This document shows positions 17,501 through 24,692 of a stretch of DNA of 64,000 nt, one piece after another. Source of the DNA: Caldisericia bacterium (GTDB lineage Bacteria > Caldisericota > Caldisericia > JAAYUI01). Position 1 is the stretch's first letter. Every line of letters begins with the position of its first letter. The notes under the pieces are model-generated. The model was given only the letters and a program-made list of their open reading frames with translations. It ran no database searches and had not been told where the DNA came from. The translations under genes were made by a program, and so were the position numbers. Where the stretch lies: NCBI GenBank assembly GCA_963674785.1, contig OY771555.1, positions 725,845 to 789,844 of the forward strand. Reading direction: 5' to 3'.

Positions 17501-20500
17501 GGTGGCCACCAGCAGTCATCTTCAGATATGATAGCCCAAACAGTTTCTATGCATTAACGCTTGTTCCTTATGACGGCTCATATGTATGGTATGATTACTC
17601 CAATGCCGATGGTAGCTTCATTGATAATTTCTATGGTCCAGCCCCAGATACCTATCTTATTAACATCATACATTACGAACCAGCAGACGCTGGAAACACT
17701 GGATATACAGGAACATCAATCTTCCAGACAGAGCTCAATTCCTTTGATCTCAATGATTGGATGAATGTTGAAATCAGAGCATATGCAAACCTTGCTGGAT
17801 TCCTTGATTACACAGATATCCTTATCGGTGGAACACTTATTAGTGGATCATTCCCAAGCTCAATTAATCCAGTAGGTTCACCTCCAGGTGGATTTGGTTT
17901 CATGGCAGGAACATATGATTCAACATATGTTGGAGCAGTTAGCCCACTCTATTTTGACAATGTGACCCTCTCAACATATCTTGTTGGGGCAACACTTGAC
18001 ACAGTCAGACTTACCGATGTTTGGGTAGATGGCACAAAATATCCAGCAGGTTCAAAAGTTCTTGCCGGTGACTTCTACAGACTTGAAAACCCAGTTTATG
18101 GTGTAACAACAGGTAAAAATACAAATGCCAGATATATGGATATCGAAGTATTACCTGGTGACATCGGACTTAAATATGAAATCGACGGCTTCTCACCAGA
18201 AGACGAAGAGTTCAAACCACTTAAGATTGAGAAAACCTCACATATTAAAGTTTCGCTTGATCACGAACTTGAAGGTGTTTATGCAACCGGAAAAGTTATC
18301 GGTGACAAGAGAAATAGACTTTATTACAGACCTGATTCCTTCTATGTAAACACAATCCCAGCCGAGTATCAGGTTGTTTACTCATCACCTGCAGAGGCAG
18401 AACGCAACTTCTTCCACCCACACACTTCAATTCAGGGTGACAAGGTTTATGTCTCACTCAGAGAGACAGATACAAATATCTCCCCATACTTTGCAACAAC
18501 ATATCTTTCCGAGTATCTTGAGGAAATTATTGATACAACAGCAATTATCGATGCAGAAAATCCAGTGTATGAGTTTGAATTCACACCATACAGAGGAACA
18601 ATTGTTGATGATATTGGACAGGAATTACCAATTCTCCTCAGAGCCTATATGGATGATGGTGGAATCCAGACATCACCTGATGACAGCAGATTCTCATACT
18701 CATTCATGCTCGATAAGAATCTGGCCGACAGAACAGTTGACGCTGGAAGCGTAGCTTATTCAGAATACAACTTCATTGACCCATGGCATATGCAGAAGAA
18801 ATGGGAGATTGATGAAGCCTATGCAAACTATTGGAACCAGGCATACACAAGAGCCGCAAGATTTATTCCAAACCCATACGAAGTTGAACACATGGCAGAA
18901 TGTGGTCTCTCAGACAACTACGATTGTTATGGCGTAGAAAAACTTCATGTTGAGCCAGAAGGAATTGAGATTATTCCAAGCTCACCTTGTGTTGACCCAC
19001 TTTCATACAGATATCCAAACATCAGTCTTAAACTCAAAGCCTATGACAACCCGGACGATGTCAATGACCCAGCAGGTTACACAATGGCATTCCCAACCAC
19101 CGAAGATTCCGTTGCTATCGCTACATACAACGTAAACGGTGCCGGTATCAGATATATGTGTACAATGAGAGCATGGAACATGAGTCATACTGTTCCAGAT
19201 GATTTCTATGCCTACTTCATTGTTCAGGTAAATGATGACGGTTCATGGATGGGTTGGAGAATGAATGAAGCAAACCTTCCAGGTATTGTTGACTTCACAG
19301 ACTCATTCTCAGTGATGCAGTCATATCCATTCCTTCAGAAGATGAATAACCGCGGAAACGATTCTCATGATATTGGCGACTATGATTGTTCAGTTGGCAC
19401 AGGTGTTGTTGACCTTTGCGGTTCTGGATGGCCACCACTTGGTGATGTCACCATTTATGATACTTACTCAAGTTATTTCTGTGATCCAACTTGGACATAT
19501 CCAAACATCCCATACTATGGAACAGTTTATCACTATGGTGTAAAAACATACATCACTCCAAAAACTGAAACTGACGAAGGTGGACTTATCTCTATCGTTT
19601 GTCAGCCAATGAATACCGAAGAAGATCTTCATATCCGTGTTCATACAAGCAATGTTGAGGTTGACTACAATAGCACAAACCTTAAACACGGTAACAACGC
19701 AACATACTTCAGATTTGACAGATCAGGTATCCACCAGGGTAGCACAGGTGGTTCAGATCCTAACCAGTACTATGTTCCAAGCGTTTCAAACGTTCACGAC
19801 ACAAACCCACCAGGAATCAGAAACCTTATGATGGCTGAGACAGTTGATTACTGCGACGTAATCACACTCAAGGTTCTCCCACCAGATACTGATCTTAACT
19901 TCAACAATCTCTACATCGTTGACCATGCTCTCCAGTACAGTGATGTCGAATATGCAGGTTCTGCAACAGGTGGAGATCCACTCGTTGTGCTCGATACACC
20001 AGAGAGATGGATTAGACCTGATTATAACCCACTCTGCGTCTTCAGACCTCTTTCTGACGATGAAAACACAGATGTAAGATGTTACCCAGGTGGACAGACT
20101 CATCTTATGAGAGTCGAGAATTCACTTAGAGGTAATGGTTTCAATGCAACTCCAGCACTTTGGAGAAAACAGTTTAACAAACTCGGAACTGAGTTCTTTG
20201 GACTTACCGACTATGGTCTGTATTTTGAGCTTACTAGAGAAGACTCAGGGTACTGGGGTGTTCCAACAACATTCGCAGATGGAATGATCAAGAGAATTGA
20301 GATCACCGGACCGTTTATGACTCCACTTGACCTTGATCCTGAATTTGATTCAATCAAGTACAGATCAGGAACAGCAACCGGATCTATTCTCGGATATCAG
20401 TATAAAGATCTTAGATATGTTCCAATCAAGTATGATTATTCAGGTAAAATTGTTGTCGACACACTCAATTACATGACCTACGAGCTTGGACCATCAGACT

Positions 20501-23500
20501 TCTCAACAACAACCAGCCCTGCATGTACAATTCCTGGCGATTTCATTACCTTCTCAGATTACAACATGTATCTTGCTGTCGGAAGAGAACTTGATTATAG
20601 ATTCGTCGTCAGACCACAGATTAGTGGTATTCAGAGTTCACAGAGAGTAATGGTCTTTGACGAGCTTATTCCAACTGGACCAGGTAGAATTGATATTACT
20701 GTCTGGCTTCAGGACGGAACAAAGAAGATTTTCCAGGATTGCTGTGTTAAGCCACCAGCAGATGGTATTGATGTAGCCGGTATCAAGATTGAAGGTATGC
20801 CACACTTCGTCACTGTTGATGAAGACAATATGCTCAATCTTAAACTTACAGAAGGTTACGGAATCGAGTCAGTAGGACCACCAGCTGAATACGGTGCAGG
20901 AATTCAGGAATATCAAGAGTGTAACGATGCACTTGTTTATGTATGGCAGGATAGAGGAATCTATGATCCAGTGGAAAGACTTTATGATTTCGCTGGTGAC
21001 GGATACTGCTCAATGGCTCCACAGTCAACAGATATTTCCGAAATTTACTCACCATACACAGAAGATGATGATCTCAACTCTGATGGAAAAATTAGCTTCG
21101 AAGATTATGAAACTGAGATCATTGGTACATATGATATTAACACAAACACATGGACAAACGGTCTTATAGATGCAAGAACATTCCATAGACAGAATGGTGA
21201 ATACTCATTCAATGTTCATACAAATACAGTAGGTATCGACTTTGGTTCCTATGGAACAGAAACCGAACCTGATCACGTTATTGCACCTGATGAAACACTC
21301 GATGTAACTGTTACTGCTTACAAGTACGGTGACGACAATAACGACAGAAGCTTCAGACCATTCTGGGGTGGACGTGATACCCTTAATGACTCAGCATTCA
21401 GTCATGAGGTTTATCTTGCAGGTAGAGCATCAGCATTTGTTGAAGCAAGAGAAGATCTCACAGCAACCGTAATTCCTGAGCCACTTACAGCTGGATGTAC
21501 ACCAGAGCTTCTTGACCCAACTGCACCTCTCACATTTGAGGTCAAATGGGCAAACGGTCAGCCACTCAACCTCAGGGATGAAGGTGTTCCAGATCCAAAG
21601 GGTGGAAACGAAGTCAAGAAAAATGATGCTTGGATGCATCTTTTCAAAGATCCACATCCAGATGATCAGTATTATTATCCAGGTCAGATGCTTCCACAAT
21701 ATTACTGGCTTAGAACCGACCTTCATAACGATGACTGGACCCAGATTGGCAACCAGAGAATGTACGGTTATGACACAGATCCATTCAACCCAATCGAGTT
21801 TAGCTGGAATCCAAAAGAGGGTGTTTATGAGTTCGAGGGATTTGTTGCCAACGATAAAGGTAACTTCGAAACGGTCATTTACTCACCAGACAGAAGACAT
21901 AAAGCAACAGTTAATGTAAACGTTGAGCTTCCAAAAGTTTCTTACGATCTCCTTCCAAGACAATACTCTATTAGAGGGTACGATAATGATTCATCATTCG
22001 ATCCAAATCTTGTCTTCCATGTAAACGAAAGTGAAGATTTCGTAGCAACTGGTGCTGATCTCAGATACTATGCAACTGTGCTTACATTCAAAAATGCCCA
22101 GGGTAAATTGATCCAGGGTCTCGCTGAGTCAACATCAGTTTGTCAGGGTGGAGATGGAATGTACGCAAGATTCACTCCATTCTTTACAAGACCTGAATAC
22201 TTCAACTGGGTAAGTGCTCCAAACACATCATTACGCTATTTAAGAAGATATCCACAGCATGCTCAGGCATACAACTATTATCTTGGTTCAGATCCAAATG
22301 GTGGTCGTGGTGTTATGGTTATGATCGCTGATCTTGATGGTTCTGGGTCTGCCGGTGATATTTGGGAAGAATATATGCAGTTCGGATTCGCATATGCTGA
22401 TTCAGGATTGAGAGTTGGTGGAGATAGCGGTCCTCGTGCTCCGTATTATCCAACAATAAACTACATGTACGAAGATGGAACATATAATCATTGGCAAGCA
22501 TGGGATGGACCATATGAAGCTGGTTTCAACTATGCTGAACCTGCTGGATATGGTGTCGGTTGTATTTACAATGAAGAGTATGAAAAACTTTATATGTTCC
22601 CAGATACAAATAGAGACTTTACATTCGATTATCAGGATTCATTGAATATTGATAATAGAGGTCAGGGTCTCGTATTCGTTTTCGTTGATGATAAATTGAA
22701 ATTTGGTGCAACCGTTGGTGTTACAAAACATGCTCTTAAACCAAAATTCAGTGACATCTATGGTGGTACTGATCCATATAATGAATTCTCACCACAGAGA
22801 ACTGCAACAAGATTTGTTCACGTAAAACAGGGTAATGCCGATTATGGAACAAGTGACGGAGTGTACGCTCTCGACTGGGACGCAATGCCAGACAGAGTTG
22901 TAAAAGCTGATTATGTAAATGCTAAGGTTTTCTGGGCGGAAACTAGAGAAGAAGTTGGAAAAGACGTCCTTGATGAGAACAACTACGACCTTGCTTATGG
23001 TGTTGAAAACCATCTTTGGGTTGAGTTCACACCTGCTGATCCAAGAGACAATCCTGTTGTCCAGGGTCTCACAGTTACAATTGCTGATAATGACAAAGAA
23101 CATCCATGGAATGGTACTAAATCCGAGAATTCAATATTCTCAACAATTATTAAGGGTGACGTAAATCCAAACGTGAGAGCTGCTCAGATGTATGTTACAC
23201 CAACAGGTACTGGTGCCGACATCATGGCTCTTAATAAACGTGGAATCACCTATGGTATATTGTTCGATCACTGTACTTCATACGGAATTGTTAACTTCGA
23301 CGTAATTATGTCAATTCAGCTTATTGCTGACTCACTTGAGCCACTTAAAGTCGGTGTCCCAGGAACTCTTGTTGTAAGTGCTCTCAAGACTGCCGGTGGC
23401 GAGCCAATCGAAGGCGCAACTATCCACATCAAGGGTGCAGGCGTTGAGATGGAGAAGAAGTCAAATGCTGAAGGTAAAGCAGAGTTCAGCATCACTCCAA

Positions 23501-24471
23501 CAGAACGCGGAAGAATCTTGGTTACTGCTGAAGCAGACGAGATGAAGGGAACCTATACAACAGCCTTTGTTGAAAGATACGTTGCACCACCAGTACTCGA
23601 CCTTGACCCAATCAATTCTGTTACCGGTGAGAACAGTGTGACTGTTAAAGGAAGAACAAACGAAGGTACAAGAATCACAATCAATGGAAGACCTGCAACT
23701 GTTGAAAAAGACGGTTCATTCCAGTCAGTTATCAAATTACAGCCTGGAAAGAATTCAATTGTTGTTGTTGCTTCAAATGAGTCATCACAGACAATCACAA
23801 AGATTCTTGTTATCGAATCAAGAGTTAATGCCTCAGAGATCATCCTTGATCCAATCGGTGAATATGAAAACGTCACAGAGATCAGACTCCGTGGACATGT
23901 TGAACCAGGTACTGTTGTCAAAGTTAAAAACGTGACAATTGGCGAAGAAGTTGATGCTGTTGTTACAAATGATGTATTCGTTGCTGATATTGCAGTCCAG
24001 CCAGGAAACAACGATTTTGAGATCGTTGCCATTGATATGCAGACTAACAAAGAAAATACCTTGACTGCTAGCACTTATATCTGGACCAAAACAACAATTC
24101 TGCTTGCAAGAAATTCAGACGTTGCTGTTGTTGACGGTACACCACAGAAGATAGCCGTTGCACCAATCGTAAGAGATGGCGTTGTGATGGTTCCGCTTGA
24201 AGCAATAGCTCAGATATTTGGAGTTGCTCCTACAGCTGTAGGTGATGCAATAACGCTTACATGGGGTTCAAACACATTGATTATCTCAGCAAATTCAGCT
24301 AGTGCTCCTCTAAATGGTGCCCAAGTTGACCTTACAGTTGCCCCAATAGTTGAAAATGGAATTATGATGGTTGCTGCAAGAGATATTGAGTATCTCAAAC
24401 CAGATAATGGTGCAGTAGAAGTAATGTTCGATGCAAGCGGTGTTGGCATCGTTATTTGTAGAAGAAAGTAA
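14590..24471 (+). CDS. giant secreted envelope protein, paralog G1 (3293 aa)
   Basis: Uninterrupted 9.9-kb ORF with an SD 4 nt upstream and signal peptide MRKFVTFMVALTLVVAALVPAFSIVNA. It is collinear with G2-G4. It has a ConA/LamG-like insert (about 17090-17980), Ig-like repeats from about 23340, and a stalk-like C-terminus (24085-24468). Confidence 0.93.
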   Translation: MRKFVTFMVALTLVVAALVPAFSIVNADGDRIREGEPNTPATMAAVRWHKVGYDHEGNMLNPSTLDHTEVERAGLDGTGYRFFPWQDDGEQIWGRASDDVAYEMPRLLPTSGSHDWLGRFDASNYDFDYDNSANNYAWWTVLYLNIEPDSGNSQEYKKWYVVIDRDGNAWFDPDGKFHRCELDSSADPMYYEPGSLTYVEGSCRTNPKALLDPIPSNNTQGPYNLKFGSRAALDRIYFWWKYDTNGNLVDRVWRLGWSDMVDYDPAPNLEHGVWDPTNSDTWSVVSYIPTYDPYTKTHIPDADVDWDAKLDTIPFSLSADPVWPNVTEGVECYHDANGNGVYDPYEFIYRKGAGFPVGLFTSSVQPGDVRVTNVSTENGIFKQNLRAGSVVGGDEFDVGAVLLPFNHMNPPSGYPTYVHTHGKGTIDGRFDDGEFIYWKGAASTTFGNTWLEVPAVPGSTVIAVASVNGFDLADEVALYDPLTGTYFTSTIDDIDTTVTPPLITLDNAVTFAFPLYSSFFEIGEVEIGDIRLTTVNERHNNNTRSWDWHGTWWTDALILLEVLEGGCHTPLYNITVESNLWMGGYPTNGEFEKGDVPSEATAALHSPNGDIVAAAQRIQKTTVLDPTGFEFEVPATTFENIKLEYREYLGLEIFKDDGINNNVGEPQFTVNCVRGDIVDDYYVYDSTEEFVGADDVETQLDFEWSRQTQSFSNLEMFVDVSGEGALGVGEPIYLDEDLSNSISAGDLRITDVEVVRGDSNIIAYPSGSRVTAGDADVDYFTTFPAIGTPELSPMPAGVEYYDQAHGCVPPNDTYDIGEPIYYQAPSTGIATLYSNDFNNQNNPTGTAPNLTFHDNTGPGSALSYPAYSFTNTVDNWGELDETNSGLFINGGAATSVTDRENNDPGGQIGNPSAGNFEVCFFDDNAPPVGATRCSELYSGTIILNPSLGMEDNKIFTADVFTEPNPACLSDWWPPAVIFRYDSPNSFYALTLVPYDGSYVWYDYSNADGSFIDNFYGPAPDTYLINIIHYEPADAGNTGYTGTSIFQTELNSFDLNDWMNVEIRAYANLAGFLDYTDILIGGTLISGSFPSSINPVGSPPGGFGFMAGTYDSTYVGAVSPLYFDNVTLSTYLVGATLDTVRLTDVWVDGTKYPAGSKVLAGDFYRLENPVYGVTTGKNTNARYMDIEVLPGDIGLKYEIDGFSPEDEEFKPLKIEKTSHIKVSLDHELEGVYATGKVIGDKRNRLYYRPDSFYVNTIPAEYQVVYSSPAEAERNFFHPHTSIQGDKVYVSLRETDTNISPYFATTYLSEYLEEIIDTTAIIDAENPVYEFEFTPYRGTIVDDIGQELPILLRAYMDDGGIQTSPDDSRFSYSFMLDKNLADRTVDAGSVAYSEYNFIDPWHMQKKWEIDEAYANYWNQAYTRAARFIPNPYEVEHMAECGLSDNYDCYGVEKLHVEPEGIEIIPSSPCVDPLSYRYPNISLKLKAYDNPDDVNDPAGYTMAFPTTEDSVAIATYNVNGAGIRYMCTMRAWNMSHTVPDDFYAYFIVQVNDDGSWMGWRMNEANLPGIVDFTDSFSVMQSYPFLQKMNNRGNDSHDIGDYDCSVGTGVVDLCGSGWPPLGDVTIYDTYSSYFCDPTWTYPNIPYYGTVYHYGVKTYITPKTETDEGGLISIVCQPMNTEEDLHIRVHTSNVEVDYNSTNLKHGNNATYFRFDRSGIHQGSTGGSDPNQYYVPSVSNVHDTNPPGIRNLMMAETVDYCDVITLKVLPPDTDLNFNNLYIVDHALQYSDVEYAGSATGGDPLVVLDTPERWIRPDYNPLCVFRPLSDDENTDVRCYPGGQTHLMRVENSLRGNGFNATPALWRKQFNKLGTEFFGLTDYGLYFELTREDSGYWGVPTTFADGMIKRIEITGPFMTPLDLDPEFDSIKYRSGTATGSILGYQYKDLRYVPIKYDYSGKIVVDTLNYMTYELGPSDFSTTTSPACTIPGDFITFSDYNMYLAVGRELDYRFVVRPQISGIQSSQRVMVFDELIPTGPGRIDITVWLQDGTKKIFQDCCVKPPADGIDVAGIKIEGMPHFVTVDEDNMLNLKLTEGYGIESVGPPAEYGAGIQEYQECNDALVYVWQDRGIYDPVERLYDFAGDGYCSMAPQSTDISEIYSPYTEDDDLNSDGKISFEDYETEIIGTYDINTNTWTNGLIDARTFHRQNGEYSFNVHTNTVGIDFGSYGTETEPDHVIAPDETLDVTVTAYKYGDDNNDRSFRPFWGGRDTLNDSAFSHEVYLAGRASAFVEAREDLTATVIPEPLTAGCTPELLDPTAPLTFEVKWANGQPLNLRDEGVPDPKGGNEVKKNDAWMHLFKDPHPDDQYYYPGQMLPQYYWLRTDLHNDDWTQIGNQRMYGYDTDPFNPIEFSWNPKEGVYEFEGFVANDKGNFETVIYSPDRRHKATVNVNVELPKVSYDLLPRQYSIRGYDNDSSFDPNLVFHVNESEDFVATGADLRYYATVLTFKNAQGKLIQGLAESTSVCQGGDGMYARFTPFFTRPEYFNWVSAPNTSLRYLRRYPQHAQAYNYYLGSDPNGGRGVMVMIADLDGSGSAGDIWEEYMQFGFAYADSGLRVGGDSGPRAPYYPTINYMYEDGTYNHWQAWDGPYEAGFNYAEPAGYGVGCIYNEEYEKLYMFPDTNRDFTFDYQDSLNIDNRGQGLVFVFVDDKLKFGATVGVTKHALKPKFSDIYGGTDPYNEFSPQRTATRFVHVKQGNADYGTSDGVYALDWDAMPDRVVKADYVNAKVFWAETREEVGKDVLDENNYDLAYGVENHLWVEFTPADPRDNPVVQGLTVTIADNDKEHPWNGTKSENSIFSTIIKGDVNPNVRAAQMYVTPTGTGADIMALNKRGITYGILFDHCTSYGIVNFDVIMSIQLIADSLEPLKVGVPGTLVVSALKTAGGEPIEGATIHIKGAGVEMEKKSNAEGKAEFSITPTERGRILVTAEADEMKGTYTTAFVERYVAPPVLDLDPINSVTGENSVTVKGRTNEGTRITINGRPATVEKDGSFQSVIKLQPGKNSIVVVASNESSQTITKILVIESRVNASEIILDPIGEYENVTEIRLRGHVEPGTVVKVKNVTIGEEVDAVVTNDVFVADIAVQPGNNDFEIVAIDMQTNKENTLTASTYIWTKTTILLARNSDVAVVDGTPQKIAVAPIVRDGVVMVPLEAIAQIFGVAPTAVGDAITLTWGSNTLIISANSASAPLNGAQVDLTVAPIVENGIMMVAARDIEYLKPDNGAVEVMFDASGVGIVICRRK

Positions 24472-24495
24472 GTAGTACCATAGATTGACATTTAT

Positions 24496-24548
24496 GCTGT
24501 ACCACCCCGATTAGGGTGGTACAGCCGAGAAAGAACAGATTTATTTAT
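24496..24548 (+). promoter_or_regulatory. conserved intergenic module 1: TTAT + 12-bp hairpin + CGAGAAAGA box
   Basis: Stem gctgtaccaccc (24496-24507) pairs with gggtggtacagc (24514-24525), followed by cgagaaagaacagatttatttat. No U-tract follows the hairpin. Confidence 0.6.
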
Positions 24549-24692
24549 TACGGTTTAAAAAAGATTGAAGATAATGAAGAGATTGATAAAAGAAGCGAGT
24601 AAAGAGAGATTGGTTTACCGTGAAGTTTTGGGTGAACCAAAGGTACATGACAAACTTCGATGCGGGGTTTGTCTGTCCGAAGGAGAGGTTAC

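Noticed and set aside
22417-22437. A GGDSGP motif in G1 resembles the trypsin-like serine protease active site GDSGGP. I also scanned all the giants for HExxH.
   Set aside because: The motif is present only in G1 and is not conserved in the paralogs. No upstream His/Asp catalytic context is visible. I saw no HExxH in any of the four giants, so there is no support for a protease function.
23553-24074. Long antisense ORFs lie inside the giant genes. Examples are 23553-24074 (173 aa), 45584-46075 (163 aa), 55219-55722 (167 aa), 2307-2765 and 3710-4090. Many 60-135-aa alternate-frame ORFs also occur on the sense strand, such as 39088-39603.
   Set aside because: They have no RBS. Their composition is low-complexity and S/T/V/L-rich, as expected when reading the complement or a shifted frame of a codon-biased gene. 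They are fully nested in far longer, motif-rich ORFs. The recurrence opposite the Ig-like cassette in G1, G3 and G4 follows from shared codon usage rather than independent conservation.
24660-24692. The ORF track gives N-terminal extensions for several genes. These are at 24660, 35448, 11212, 55980, 57721, 59540 and 10331, plus TTG 4377.
   Set aside because: In each case an internal ATG is preceded at 4-7 nt by a strong SD. It begins a textbook signal peptide, or for 10193 the GxGxxG fold and a coupling overlap. The extensions are unstructured and some overlap the upstream gene or divergent promoter.
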